The notes under the pieces are model-generated. The model ran no database searches. It worked only from the letters and a program-made list of their open reading frames with translations, and was not told the origin of the DNA. DNA of 64,000 bases, from positions 4,672,001 to 4,736,000 of the forward strand of contig OY760175.1 of assembly GCA_963663165.1 (NCBI GenBank), in the 5' to 3' direction. Numbering within the stretch: the first letter of the stretch is position 1; every line of letters starts with the position of its first letter. The position numbers and the translations under genes are program-made. Below are positions 11,430-21,952 of this stretch, in pieces. Source of the DNA: an uncultured Desulfospira sp. (GTDB lineage Bacteria > Desulfobacterota > Desulfobacteria > Desulfobacterales > Desulfobacteraceae).

Positions 11430-11929
11430 TGGTACAGCTTCATGATCTGGCACCTGCTCCTGGCAGCAGAAAGAATAGAAAAAGAGTGGGCAGAGGCCCC
11501 GGGTCCGGGATGGGGAAAACCGCCACCAGGGGAAGCAAAGGCTTAAAGGCTCGGTCAGGCGGCAGCGTCAGGCCTGGATTTGAAGGCGGCCAGATGCCGA
11601 TTTACCGGCGTTTGCCCAAAAGGGGATTCCTCAATATTTTTAAAACCCATAATGTGGTTTTAAATGTTAAAGATCTTGACCGGTTTGAGAATGAGGCATT
11701 AATTGATGTCCAGTCTCTCAGGGATTCCGGGCTGGTAAAGGGAAAATTTGACGGGGTTAAGATTCTGGGAGACGGCGAGACCAGCAAAAAGTTTACATTA
11801 AAGGGATTGCTGGTTTCTAAGGCAGCCAGGACAAAGATTGAAGCCGCCGGCGGAACAATAGTAGAAGACGCCGCAGCGGCTCCGGAAGTCACAGAGGCTT
11901 TGGAAACCCCTGAGAGCCCGGAAGCTTAA
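11429..11929 (+). CDS. rplO: 50S ribosomal protein L15
   Basis: RVGRGPGSG, GFEGGQMPIYRRLPKRGF; acidic C-terminal tail. Confidence 0.99.
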   Translation: MVQLHDLAPAPGSRKNRKRVGRGPGSGMGKTATRGSKGLKARSGGSVRPGFEGGQMPIYRRLPKRGFLNIFKTHNVVLNVKDLDRFENEALIDVQSLRDSGLVKGKFDGVKILGDGETSKKFTLKGLLVSKAARTKIEAAGGTIVEDAAAAPEVTEALETPESPEA

Positions 11930-12002
11930 AACCAAAACGGGGCAGGTCTCAAATCAGACGATCAAAAATTGAAATTACAGGGGATGTAAGGAAATAACCA
12001 AA

Positions 12003-13319
12003 ATGATAGAGAACAGTTACCAGAATTTGTTCAAACTTCCGGAGTTGAAACGGAAGTTGCTCATCACGCTTGCGCTTCTCTTTGTATACCGGATCGGTAT
12101 TCATGTTCCGACGCCGGGGATTAACGGGGCAGCCCTTGCTTCATTTTTCCAGTCTGCGTCAGGGACCTTGTTTTCCATGTTCAACATGTTCTCCGGAGGG
12201 GCATTGGAGCGGCTTTCTATTTTTGCACTGGGGATTATGCCTTACATTTCCGCTTCCATTATTTTGGAGCTCATGACCGTGGTTGTCCCCTACCTTGACC
12301 AGCTGAAAAAGGAAGGGGATGCGGGCCGAAAGAAGAAAACTCAGTATACCCGGTACGGAACGGTAATTTTAAGTATTATTCAGGGTTTTGGCATTGCTGT
12401 TGGGCTTGAGTCCATGTCTTCCCCGGCAGGTGTTCCCATTGTGCCGTATCCCGGGTGGGGTTTCAGACTGATCACCATTATCACCCTGACGGCTGGAACG
12501 GCCTTTATCATGTGGCTGGGTGAGCAGATTACGGAAAGGGGTATCGGGAACGGGATTTCATTGATAATTTTTGCCGGTATCGTGGCCAATATGCCTTCAG
12601 CTGTGGGGAATACCGTCCGGTTGATGAGTACCGGTGAAATGGGGCTTTTTTCCATTCTGATCCTTTTGGTGCTGATGATCGGCGTGGTGGCCTGCATTAT
12701 CTATATGGAAATGGCTCAGCGAAGAATTCCGGTGCATTATGCCAAACGGGTAGTGGGCAGGAAAATGTACGGTGGACAGACATCCCATCTGCCCTTGAAG
12801 ATTAACACGGCCGGTGTTATTCCGCCGATTTTTGCATCTTCCATTATCATGTTCCCCACAACCCTGGCCCAGTTTACCAATCTGCCGGCCATGCAGACCA
12901 TTGCGGCTATGTTCAGCCCGGGGACCGTATGGTACTATCTGCTTTATATTGGGTTTATTATTTTCTTTTGCTTTTTTTATACAGCCGTTCAGTTCAATCC
13001 CGATGATGTCGCGGAAAACATGAAGAAGAACGGCGGGTACATCCCGGGCATCCGGCCGGGAAAACGGACTTCAGAATATATTGACAAAGTATTAACCAGA
13101 ATTACCCTTGGCGGTGCGATTTATGTGTCTGCTGTCTGTGTGCTGCCGACCATGCTCATGGACAAATTTAATGTTCCGTTTTATTTTGGCGGAACCGCCC
13201 TTCTCATTGTTGTGGGGGTGTCCATTGATACTATATCCCAGATAGAATCCCACTTGATCACAGGTAACTATGACGGGTTTCTGGGCCGGGGCGGCTCGAA
13301 AAGGATTAAGGGCAGGTGA
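12003..13319 (+). CDS. secY: Preprotein translocase subunit SecY
   Basis: SIFALGIMPYISASII, GIGNGISLIIFAGI, IPGIRPG, FGGTALLIVVGV. Confidence 0.99.
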   Translation: MIENSYQNLFKLPELKRKLLITLALLFVYRIGIHVPTPGINGAALASFFQSASGTLFSMFNMFSGGALERLSIFALGIMPYISASIILELMTVVVPYLDQLKKEGDAGRKKKTQYTRYGTVILSIIQGFGIAVGLESMSSPAGVPIVPYPGWGFRLITIITLTAGTAFIMWLGEQITERGIGNGISLIIFAGIVANMPSAVGNTVRLMSTGEMGLFSILILLVLMIGVVACIIYMEMAQRRIPVHYAKRVVGRKMYGGQTSHLPLKINTAGVIPPIFASSIIMFPTTLAQFTNLPAMQTIAAMFSPGTVWYYLLYIGFIIFFCFFYTAVQFNPDDVAENMKKNGGYIPGIRPGKRTSEYIDKVLTRITLGGAIYVSAVCVLPTMLMDKFNVPFYFGGTALLIVVGVSIDTISQIESHLITGNYDGFLGRGGSKRIKGR

Positions 13320-13359
13320 TTGGTTGGATACCGGATCGATAAGGAGATAAAGTAAAATT

Positions 13360-13578
13360 ATGGCAAAAGAAGAACCCATCAAAGTGGACGGGAAGGTGCT
13401 GGAAACGTTGCCCAATGCCATGTTCAAAGTTGAACTTGAAAACGGACATGTTCTTTTGGCCCATATTTCCGGAAAAATGAGAATGCATTTTATTAAAATA
13501 TTGCCCGGGGACAAAGTGACTGTTGAAATATCACCCTATGATTTGAGCCGTGGCAGAATTACATATCGTTATAAATAG
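13360..13578 (+). CDS. infA: Translation initiation factor IF-1
   Basis: [27 protein letters not shown]. Confidence 0.99.
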   Translation: MAKEEPIKVDGKVLETLPNAMFKVELENGHVLLAHISGKMRMHFIKILPGDKVTVEISPYDLSRGRITYRYK

Positions 13579-13606
13579 AAAAATCTCAAGTTTAGGAGTA
13601 AGATAG

Positions 13607-13720
13607 ATGAAAGTTAGAGCATCTGTTAAAAAAATCTGTAGAGATTGTAAAGTAATAAAGAGACGGGGTGTCATCAGAGTTATTTGCATTAACAAACGCC
13701 ATAAACAGAGGCAGGGATAG
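13607..13720 (+). CDS. rpmJ: 50S ribosomal protein L36 (not in the ORF track, 37 aa)
   Basis: Translated by hand: [37 protein letters not shown], with AGGAG upstream. Confidence 0.98.
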   Translation: MKVRASVKKICRDCKVIKRRGVIRVICINKRHKQRQG

Positions 13721-13731
13721 GGAGAAAGAAT

Positions 13732-14100
13732 TTGGCACGTATTGCAGGAGTAGATTTACCAAGAGATAAGCATGCATGGATTGCTTTGACCTATATTTAT
13801 GGTATAGGCCGCAGCAGGTCAAAAATGATTCTTGAAAAAACCGGTATTGAGCCTACCACCAAAGCAAACGACTTGACCGAAGAACAGGTGAACGAAATCA
13901 GAAAAGTCATTGATGCCGAGTTTAAGGTTGAAGGTGAGCTCAGGTCTGAAGTATCCATGAATATTAAACGGCTCATGGATCTGGGGTGCTACAGGGGACT
14001 TCGCCACAGGAAAGGGCTCCCATGTCACGGCCAGAGAACCAGTACCAATGCCAGAACCCGGAAAGGCCCCAAACGGGCTGCTGTTAAAAAGAAAAAGTAG
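13732..14100 (+). CDS. rpsM: 30S ribosomal protein S13 (TTG start)
   Basis: [26 protein letters not shown]. Confidence 0.99.
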   Translation: MARIAGVDLPRDKHAWIALTYIYGIGRSRSKMILEKTGIEPTTKANDLTEEQVNEIRKVIDAEFKVEGELRSEVSMNIKRLMDLGCYRGLRHRKGLPCHGQRTSTNARTRKGPKRAAVKKKK

Positions 14101-14123
14101 GTTAAATTAAAAGGTGTCAATTT

Positions 14124-14519
14124 ATGGCAAAAAAGTCTAAAAAAACTGTAGCAAAGAAACGGGTTAAAAAGAATATCTCTACGGGCATCGTTCATATTCA
14201 ATCCACGTTTAACAATACCATTGTCACCATAGCTGATGAAAATGGAAACACTATTTCATGGTCCAGTGCCGGGATGCAGGGGTTTAAAGGCTCCAGAAAA
14301 AGCACTCCCTTTGCAGCCAAATTGGTTGCCGAAGATGCCGGTGCAAAGGCCATGGAACACGGGATGAAAAATGTCGGTGTTTATGTTAAAGGCCCGGGAC
14401 CCGGTCGGGAATCCGCTTTACGGGCGTTGCACGCCCTTGGATTCAATATCTCCATGATCAAGGATGTAACCCCGGTTCCTCACAATGGATGCCGCCCGCC
14501 CAAAAGAAGAAGAGTTTAA
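14124..14519 (+). CDS. rpsK: 30S ribosomal protein S11
   Basis: [37 protein letters not shown]. Confidence 0.99.
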   Translation: MAKKSKKTVAKKRVKKNISTGIVHIQSTFNNTIVTIADENGNTISWSSAGMQGFKGSRKSTPFAAKLVAEDAGAKAMEHGMKNVGVYVKGPGPGRESALRALHALGFNISMIKDVTPVPHNGCRPPKRRRV

Positions 14520-14548
14520 GCTTATCGGATTGATAAAGGAGGAAAACG

Positions 14549-15175
14549 TTGTCACGTTACAGAGGATCAGTCTGCCGTCAGTGCAGACGGGAAAATATGA
14601 AGCTTTTTCTGAAAGGCGATCGGTGCTTTTCGGATAAATGCAGTTTTGACAGAAGGGGATATCCCCCCGGAGAACACGGCCAGAAAAGAGGCAAGCAGTC
14701 TGATTATGGGATGCAGCTCCGGGAAAAACAGAAAGTACGCCGGATTTACGGTATTTCCGAAAAACAGTTCCGGATTTTTTTCAGAGAGGCGGATCGCCGC
14801 AAAGGGATTACAGGTACCAATCTGTTAAGCCTTCTTGAAACCCGGCTGGATAATACGGTCTTCCGGATGGGGTTCGTGAACTCCAGAAACCAGGGAAGAC
14901 ATTTCGTCCGGCACAACCATTTCGTTGTTAATGGCAAAAAAGTTAACATCCCTTCTTATCAGGTCAAAAAAGGTGATGTAATTGAACTTCGCGAAAAAAG
15001 CAGAAATATTCAAGCCATTTCCGACTCGTTAGATGCCATTGTCAGAAGAGGCATTCCCCAGTGGCTTGAAATTGAAAAAGATAAATTCAAAGGCCAGGTT
15101 GTCGGTATTCCAGTAAGAGAAGATATTACCCTGCCCATTCAGGAACAATTGATCGTAGAGCTGTATTCAAAATAG
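14549..15175 (+). CDS. rpsD: 30S ribosomal protein S4 (TTG start, Cys-containing form)
   Basis: CRQCRRE, QLREKQK, LETRLDN, EQLIVELYSK. Confidence 0.99.
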   Translation: MSRYRGSVCRQCRRENMKLFLKGDRCFSDKCSFDRRGYPPGEHGQKRGKQSDYGMQLREKQKVRRIYGISEKQFRIFFREADRRKGITGTNLLSLLETRLDNTVFRMGFVNSRNQGRHFVRHNHFVVNGKKVNIPSYQVKKGDVIELREKSRNIQAISDSLDAIVRRGIPQWLEIEKDKFKGQVVGIPVREDITLPIQEQLIVELYSK

Positions 15176-15227
15176 GGAAAGCCGGTCAATCCTGTGGTTT
15201 TTCCACATATTCATTCAGGAGATTTAA

Positions 15228-16253
15228 ATGTCATCTGAAAAATTAGCATATTTAAACTGGCGAGAAATGATCAAGCCGGAGAAGCTCGATGTTACCACGA
15301 CATCCACTTACGGAGAATTCGTGTGTGAACCTCTGGAAAGGGGATATGGCATCACCATTGGGAACTCTCTGAGGCGGATCATTCTTTCATCCATATACGG
15401 CGCTGCCATTGTATCAGTAAAATTTGAAAACGCTCTTCATGAATACAGTGTCATCCCTGATGTACGGGAAGACGTTTCCGAGATCATTCTTAACCTGAAA
15501 GAGCTTAAACTCAAGGTTGACAATGCCGATGATAAAATCCTTACCCTGAACATAAAAGGGGAAACCAAGGTTACCGGGGCCGATATTGTCAGTGCTGACG
15601 GAAAGGTTGAGATCCTTAACCCTGAACAGCACATTGCCACCTTGTCCAAAAACGGTGAACTCAATATGGTCATGGTTGTCAAAACCGGCAAAGGGTATGC
15701 CCTTGCATCAGCCAATAAAGACGATGATGCCCCTATCGGGACGATTCCTATTGATTCAGTTTTTTCCCCCATTAAACGGGTAAAATATGTCGTTGGAACT
15801 TCTCGAATCGGCCAGAAAACCGATTATGACAAGCTCACCCTGGAAATTTGGACGGATGGCAGTGTCAGGCCTGAGGATGCCGTGGCCTACGGCGCTAAAA
15901 TTCTAAAAGAACAAATGAATCCCTTTATCAATTTTGATGAAGAGATGGAGCCCGATCATCTTGAAGAGGGCGGCGAGGAATCCGAAAAAGGATTTAATGA
16001 AAATATCTATCGCTCAGTTGATGAGCTTGAACTTTCCGTCAGGAGTTCAAATTGCCTGAAAAACGCCAGAATTCATACCATCTACCAGCTGGTTCAAAAG
16101 ACAGACAGTGAAATGCTGAAAACAAAGAATTTCGGCAGAAAATCCTTGAACGAGATCAAGGAAGTATTATCTTCCATGGATCTGTCACTGGGCATGGATC
16201 TTGAGGGGTTTGAACCACCGGAAGAAGAGACGACCATTCAGGAAGGAGAATAA
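15228..16253 (+). CDS. rpoA: RNA polymerase alpha subunit
   Basis: [40 protein letters not shown]. Confidence 0.99.
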   Translation: MSSEKLAYLNWREMIKPEKLDVTTTSTYGEFVCEPLERGYGITIGNSLRRIILSSIYGAAIVSVKFENALHEYSVIPDVREDVSEIILNLKELKLKVDNADDKILTLNIKGETKVTGADIVSADGKVEILNPEQHIATLSKNGELNMVMVVKTGKGYALASANKDDDAPIGTIPIDSVFSPIKRVKYVVGTSRIGQKTDYDKLTLEIWTDGSVRPEDAVAYGAKILKEQMNPFINFDEEMEPDHLEEGGEESEKGFNENIYRSVDELELSVRSSNCLKNARIHTIYQLVQKTDSEMLKTKNFGRKSLNEIKEVLSSMDLSLGMDLEGFEPPEEETTIQEGE

Positions 16254-16257
16254 TCCC

Positions 16258-16614
16258 ATGAAACATAGAAAATCCGTATTAAAATTAAATAGGACATCCA
16301 GTCATCGAAAGGCTATGTTTAGGAACATGGTCACCTCCCTGTTCAAACACAGCCGCATCCGAACCACTGAAGCCAAGGCCAAAGGCTTAAGGCAAATCGC
16401 TGATAAAATGGTTACCCTGGCCAAGCGGGGGGATCTTCATGCCAGACGTCAGGCATTAGCGGTTATCCGTGAAAAAGATGTGGTCCATACCCTTTTTAAC
16501 GAGGTATCTGAAAAATTCAGCTCCAGACAGGGCGGGTACACCAGAATTACCAAGCTGGGCCCAAGAAAAGGGGATGTCGCGCCCATGGTGCAGATCGAAC
16601 TGATTCTCGACTAA
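16258..16614 (+). CDS. rplQ: 50S ribosomal protein L17
   Basis: MKHRK...[22 protein letters not shown] at 16258. Confidence 0.99.
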   Translation: MKHRKSVLKLNRTSSHRKAMFRNMVTSLFKHSRIRTTEAKAKGLRQIADKMVTLAKRGDLHARRQALAVIREKDVVHTLFNEVSEKFSSRQGGYTRITKLGPRKGDVAPMVQIELILD

Positions 16615-16736
16615 CGGCCACGGGGGCCGTCTTGGTTATCCAACCAAGAACCGGCCACAACAAATAATGAAGGTCTTCCCAAGATGTTAGTGAGACTTTC
16701 ATATAAAGACATTATCTGGATTAGAAACAAAAATTT

Positions 16737-16773
16737 TCCCCGGCAGGAACTCGGTCCTGCCGGGGATTTTTTT
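16737..16773 (+). terminator. Intrinsic terminator of the alpha operon
   Basis: 12-bp stem TCCCCGGCAGGA / TCCTGCCGGGGA followed by T7. Confidence 0.9.
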
Positions 16774-16781
16774 GTACAGAC

Positions 16782-19520
16782 TCAGCGGTTATCCAAAACA
16801 TTCCTGATTTCCGCCAGGAGCTCCATATTGTTGATGGGCTTGTTCAGGAATTTCTTTACCCCTAATGTTTGTTTCTCATGATCTGAAATTTTACTGCTGT
16901 ACCCCGTGCAAAGGATGATGGGAATGCTATTTTTGATTTCGATCAGCCTCTGGCACAGCTCGTCCCCACTCATTTTGGGCATGGTCAGATCTGTAATCAC
17001 CAGGTCAAACATGTCCGGATTGTTCTTGAATTCGGCCAGGCATTCCGCCCCGTTGGCGTAGGTAAATACCCGGTACCCGAAATCTTCAAGCAGTTCTTCG
17101 GTCATCTGGCGGATCGCCGATTCATCGTCCACGACGACAATGGTTTCATCCCCTTTTCTGGGGGCAATGGGGTCTCGGGGCGCCTGGGGGCTGCCCTGTT
17201 CTTGGGCCTTAGGCAGGTAAACGGTTATGGTGGTGCCAATTCCTACCTCACTTTCAGCATGGACAATTCCCTGGTGTTCTTCCACAATGGCCTGGACAAG
17301 GGCCAGCCCGAACCCGGTACCTTTACCGATTTCCTTAGTTGTAAAATAGGGATCAAACGCCTTTTCAAGGGTGGATTGGTCCATGCCGTGCCCGGTATCC
17401 TTTATCGACAGGACCAGGTATTCTCCAGGTAAAAGCATTTTGAGGCCGATGGCTTTCAAATCGGTATAGGTTACCTCATCCAATATTGCCGTAAGGGTCC
17501 CACCCCTTTCCTCCATGGCCTGGTAAGAGTTGGTACAAAGGTTCATGATCACCTGATGCATTTTGGTGGCATCAGCCATAACCATGGCCTTGCTGTTGAT
17601 AATGGTTTCCATTTCAATGGTGGTGGGAATAGAGGATCTGAGCAGCTTTAAGGCCTCGTTTAGGATGAGATGAATATTTAAGGGTTGCTTTTTGAACTCG
17701 GTCTTCCGGCTGAAGGTCAGAATTTGCTGGACTAGAGAGGCGGCCCGCTGGGCTCCTTTGAGAATTTGGCCCAGGTGCTTTTTGGTAGCTTCAGGCGTAT
17801 CCAGGCTCATTTCAGCCAGCTGGGTATACCCGAAAATACTGGATAAAATATTGTTGAAATCGTGGGCTATACCGCCGGCCAAAGTGCCTATGGCTTCGAT
17901 TTTATGCACCTTTTCAAGCTGGACAGCCATCTGCCGTTTTTCCTGCTCGATTTGTTTTAAAATAGTGATATCCCGCCCTTCCAGGATCATAAATTCAATT
18001 TTACCTGAATTATTCAGAACAGGCTTAATGGAAATATCGCAATGGCTTTGTTTCCCTTTGGCCAGGGGAACAATAATTTGGAAGCGAGACAGCCGGCCCC
18101 CCATGGCTGATTCAACCCCTTGTTTTATCTGAAGCCGGGAATCAGAATGATTGGCCCACCACAAGGTTTCCCATACCGGTTTAAACAGCAGGTCTTCTTC
18201 TCTCAAACCAGAAAATTTAACGGCGCTCTGATTGATTTCCTCAAGGGTTCCCAAAGGCGATAAGATGCCGATAAATTGAAAGGCCTGATTAAACAGCCCC
18301 CTGAGTTTTAAATCATTTTCCACCAGTGCAGCCTGAGCTTTCTGGGTTTTGGCCATCTCGGAATTCAATTGTTTGTGCATGGATTCCAAACGATCCATGA
18401 ACTGGTCAAAATGGGTGGATAAGGTGCCGAGTTCATCCGGCGCATGATAGTTCATCCGAACGGAAAAATCCCCTTTGGCATCGGTTTCAAGTTTCTTAAT
18501 CAGGGATGCCAGAGGGGAGGTCAGGGTGCTGCTCACAAAATATGTTAGAAAATAGCTGATGACCAGGATAATCACGACAGCTGAAAAAAACATCAGTTTA
18601 AAGGAAGCTAACGGCGCATAAATTTCATCCAGAAAGCCTGAAGTACAGATAATCCAGTCATATCGGGGTAGGTGCTTGAAAAAAACCACCTTTTTTCGGG
18701 GGGCCTTATCTGACGGGCCTTTCCAGAGGTGTTCAAGCTCTCCGCTGTCCTTTTCAAGGATTTGGCTGATAAAAGTTGGCGGCAAATCTTTTCTCAGGGA
18801 AAAATTGGTCCCCTCAATTTGGGGATCAGGGTGGATCAGGGCGACGCCCTGCTTGTTCAGAAAATAGGCGTACCCGGACTGGCCCGCCTTGATGGTGGGA
18901 ACAATATCCCTGAAATCATCTAAGTTGACCAGATGTTTGAATTCTTCCTGGTAAGTTGAAACAGAAATGATCCAGTCCAATGGGTGGTAATAGCGCATGT
19001 AAATGGCTTTGGTTTTTTTTTCTTGGTCACCGGGATTTTGCCATTCATATTCTAAATATCCTTCTTTTGATTGCATCTGATGTTTTACAAATTCATATTC
19101 TGAAATATTGGTCCCTTTAACTTCATTTTTGGGGTGAATAATGAGGTCCCCGTCAGAGTTAACACAGTAAATATACCCGTTAATGCCGATGTCCTGGCTT
19201 AAAAAGATCTCTTCAATGGTTTGGATGGCTTGTTCTTTGCTCAAGGCCCCGGACAAAACTTTCTGGTAATAGTGGTCTGCAATGGCGTAATTTTTTTGGG
19301 CAATGGCCGACAAATGGGTTTTAATAGCCACCTGTGCTGTGGTTTCAATAATCCTGTGCAAAGCGGAAAGGTTCTGGTTGAGTTCGTTTTCGATTCTGGT
19401 TTCAAGAAATTGTTTGATTTTATAGTAGGCAATGGCACCGCCAATCGCAAACATAGGGATGAAAACGATCAAGAAGGAGACAATCAGTTTATTTTTAAAA
19501 TTAAGGTTTTTAAATATCAT
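16782..19520 (-). CDS. Membrane hybrid sensor histidine kinase (Cache-type periplasmic domains, HAMP, PAS, HisKA, HATPase, receiver)
   Basis: Two TM segments; H-box LAGGIAHDFNNIL; DTGHGM and KGTGFGL; receiver VVDDE...DLTMP...KP; start taken at MIFKNLNF (19520). Confidence 0.93.
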   Translation of the reverse strand: MIFKNLNFKNKLIVSFLIVFIPMFAIGGAIAYYKIKQFLETRIENELNQNLSALHRIIETTAQVAIKTHLSAIAQKNYAIADHYYQKVLSGALSKEQAIQTIEEIFLSQDIGINGYIYCVNSDGDLIIHPKNEVKGTNISEYEFVKHQMQSKEGYLEYEWQNPGDQEKKTKAIYMRYYHPLDWIISVSTYQEEFKHLVNLDDFRDIVPTIKAGQSGYAYFLNKQGVALIHPDPQIEGTNFSLRKDLPPTFISQILEKDSGELEHLWKGPSDKAPRKKVVFFKHLPRYDWIICTSGFLDEIYAPLASFKLMFFSAVVIILVISYFLTYFVSSTLTSPLASLIKKLETDAKGDFSVRMNYHAPDELGTLSTHFDQFMDRLESMHKQLNSEMAKTQKAQAALVENDLKLRGLFNQAFQFIGILSPLGTLEEINQSAVKFSGLREEDLLFKPVWETLWWANHSDSRLQIKQGVESAMGGRLSRFQIIVPLAKGKQSHCDISIKPVLNNSGKIEFMILEGRDITILKQIEQEKRQMAVQLEKVHKIEAIGTLAGGIAHDFNNILSSIFGYTQLAEMSLDTPEATKKHLGQILKGAQRAASLVQQILTFSRKTEFKKQPLNIHLILNEALKLLRSSIPTTIEMETIINSKAMVMADATKMHQVIMNLCTNSYQAMEERGGTLTAILDEVTYTDLKAIGLKMLLPGEYLVLSIKDTGHGMDQSTLEKAFDPYFTTKEIGKGTGFGLALVQAIVEEHQGIVHAESEVGIGTTITVYLPKAQEQGSPQAPRDPIAPRKGDETIVVVDDESAIRQMTEELLEDFGYRVFTYANGAECLAEFKNNPDMFDLVITDLTMPKMSGDELCQRLIEIKNSIPIILCTGYSSKISDHEKQTLGVKKFLNKPINNMELLAEIRNVLDNR

Positions 19521-19615
19521 ATTACCTAAGCAGGCGCTAAGGCGCGGTGGTTGCGTGTCTTGGGCTTTAGCTGATGTTTGCCCCAAGCGTACACCATTAC
19601 AAGGCAAGATCAAAG

Positions 19616-20683
19616 CTATTTCCCAGCTGATTTGAGAGCGTTTTTCTTCTTTTTTGCCTCGTATAATTCTTTATCAGCTTGTTTGAGCAGATCATTTGGA
19701 GAATCCGGAATATTTTCCTTTCCGGCCGATGGGCAGATGGAGGAAATGCCATGGCTGAGCCGGACGTGAATGGCCGGCCCCCCGGGGAAATTTGATTTTA
19801 CCGGCAACGGGGTCCGGGAGAGTTTGGTCTTAACCCGGTCCATATACAATTGCGCCTTTGACCGGGGCGTCGAGGGCAGAATGGCCACATATTCATCTCC
19901 GGCAAACCGGGCAATGACATCAGACTCCCGTTTCAGTTCGGTCAGGCAGTTGGCCACATGGCACAGGGCAAGGTCCCCGATGTCATGGCCATGGGTGTCA
20001 TTGATGGATTTGAAATCGTCAAGGTCCATAAAAATGACACTCAGGTCCTGGCCGTACCGGGCAGACCGGTGAAACTCCCGGTCCAGCACACGTTCCATAA
20101 CCCCCCGGTTCAGCAGCCGGGTCAATGGATCGTGAAAGGCCAGAAATTGCAACTGCTCATGGGCGGCCACATTGGAAAGGCAAAGGGAAACCTTTAAGGC
20201 CAGCTGCTCAAGAAGGGATGCGTCCATTCCAGGCTCAAACCGCTGCCTGTCGTAATCGGCCTGGTTAATGGAACCGACGATTTCTCCATCCAAGGTGATG
20301 GGAGCGATGGAGATGGAACCGATTTCCATTAAAAGGCGTTGCGGCACCAGGGAAACATACCGGTCAAGGCTGGTGTTGGCCAGAATTGGGGCCACCCGGT
20401 TGCCGGTGATGGCCAGAAAATCCTGCCTTGTGACGAATGTGGTGGACGCTTTAAGAAGGTCAGAATGGTTGCTTTCCTTTAACTGGCGGGCCAGGCGGCT
20501 TTCTTCTATGATGGAGATCCAGGTGTAGGGAATATTGAATTTTTCACTGATTTCTCTTAGCAGCCTTTCCAGAAAATCCTGGAAATTTAAAATGGTTAAA
20601 ATGCCCGCTTCGATCGCATTAAATTTTTTTGCAATTTCTTCATTCTTTTTGAGGCGATCAAGAATGTAGTGGGGAATGTCCAT
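19616..20683 (-). CDS. GAF/DUF484-like sensor plus GGDEF-family domain
   Basis: DPLTRLLNR, DLDDFKSINDTHGHDIGD, RESD...AGDEY, ADKELYEAK. Confidence 0.9.
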   Translation of the reverse strand: MDIPHYILDRLKKNEEIAKKFNAIEAGILTILNFQDFLERLLREISEKFNIPYTWISIIEESRLARQLKESNHSDLLKASTTFVTRQDFLAITGNRVAPILANTSLDRYVSLVPQRLLMEIGSISIAPITLDGEIVGSINQADYDRQRFEPGMDASLLEQLALKVSLCLSNVAAHEQLQFLAFHDPLTRLLNRGVMERVLDREFHRSARYGQDLSVIFMDLDDFKSINDTHGHDIGDLALCHVANCLTELKRESDVIARFAGDEYVAILPSTPRSKAQLYMDRVKTKLSRTPLPVKSNFPGGPAIHVRLSHGISSICPSAGKENIPDSPNDLLKQADKELYEAKKKKNALKSAGK

Positions 20684-20707
20684 GGCTGTTCACTCGTTTT
20701 GTATAAA

Positions 20708-20737
20708 AGCTGTTAGCTGTCAGCTCTTAGCTGTTAG
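20708..20737 (+). repeat. Heptamer tandem array (AGCNNTT)
   Basis: AGCTGTT AGCTGTC AGCTCTT AGCTGTT. Confidence 0.8.
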
Positions 20738-20842
20738 GCGCCTGAAACGCCGCACACGCTAAAGGCTAAACGATGACAAAACACTTTAATATTGGTTACA
20801 TGCCGGACCTGATTGGATTACCATCCGGTAGGCATGTGGCCG

Positions 20843-21907
20843 TTAATGCGGCTTGACTTCGGGCAGCACATCTTTAAAGACCACGCCGTAAATTTCCCAG
20901 ATGGTGACGAACAGGGCCGCAACAATGGGGCCGATGATAATGCCGATAATACCGAACATGGTAATCCCGCCCAGGGTGGAAAACAGAATCAGCAGGTCAT
21001 GCATTTCCGTATCTTTGCCCACCAGCCTGGGCCTGAGAAGATTGTCAACACTTCCCACCACCAGGCCGCAGAAAGCCACCAGGCAAACCGCTTTGATCCA
21101 TTGCCCCTGAACCCCGAGCCAGAATGCTGCCGGCAGCCAGATCAACGCCGTTCCAATGCCCGGAATAATGGACAATACTGTCATCACGGCACCCCAGAAA
21201 ACAGAAGAGTGGATGCCGGCCACGGCAAAGGCAATTCCTGATGCCCCTCCCTGAATGATGCCGATGATAACGGTTCCCTTGATGGTGGCCCGGGTAACCG
21301 AGGTGAATTTTGCAAGCAGTCTTCGTTCATCGTCATCATCAAGGGGCATGTAAAATAAAATTTTATCCAGCAGCTTATCACCGTCCATGAGAAAAAAGAA
21401 CATGGCATACAGTAGAATGGACACCGTAAATATGAAGTTCATCGTGCCCATGGTCGCTGCCTGAAGGCCGTTGACAAAAAACTGGGTGACTGCCCCCACC
21501 AGTTCCCCGGCTTTTTTATAAATGGTTTCCCGGTAAGGTTCAACCTGTTCATAAAAGGGGAGCCCCTCCAGCCATTGGGAAATGGCGACCGGCGAGGATA
21601 ACTGCTTTTGCACCCAGGGGGTGGCGGTCTGCCCGACCTTGATGGCCTGGGAGGTCACAATGCCCAAAAGGCCGCTTAAGGGCAGCAGGACAATCAGGAT
21701 AATGATCAGAATCGTTATCCCGGATGCCGCCGCTTTTTTGCCTTTCAGCCAGAGGGTTAATTTCCGGTACATCGGGTAAGCCAGGGCCGAAAAAATACCG
21801 GCCAGCAAAATAGCCATGAGAAAGGATTTGATCATGACCAGAAAAATGGCTGAGATAAACGATACGAGCAGCAGCAGAAAGGTCGGGTGGATAAGGTCTC
21901 GCTTCAT
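20843..21907 (-). CDS. AI-2E family (PerM-like) transporter
   Basis: Multi-TM protein with FFFLMDG, VDNLLRPRLVG, GIIIGPIV. Confidence 0.9.
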   Translation of the reverse strand: MKRDLIHPTFLLLLVSFISAIFLVMIKSFLMAILLAGIFSALAYPMYRKLTLWLKGKKAAASGITILIIILIVLLPLSGLLGIVTSQAIKVGQTATPWVQKQLSSPVAISQWLEGLPFYEQVEPYRETIYKKAGELVGAVTQFFVNGLQAATMGTMNFIFTVSILLYAMFFFLMDGDKLLDKILFYMPLDDDDERRLLAKFTSVTRATIKGTVIIGIIQGGASGIAFAVAGIHSSVFWGAVMTVLSIIPGIGTALIWLPAAFWLGVQGQWIKAVCLVAFCGLVVGSVDNLLRPRLVGKDTEMHDLLILFSTLGGITMFGIIGIIIGPIVAALFVTIWEIYGVVFKDVLPEVKPH

Positions 21908-21952
21908 GGTCAAGGGTCTCCAGTAGGGCAAATTGATTGTAGTTTACATCAT

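Noticed and set aside
19521..19613. 31-codon N-terminal extension of the sensor kinase in the ORF track
   Set aside because: The extension looks non-coding; the typical kinase N-terminus (basic stretch then TM helix) begins at the ATG at 19520.
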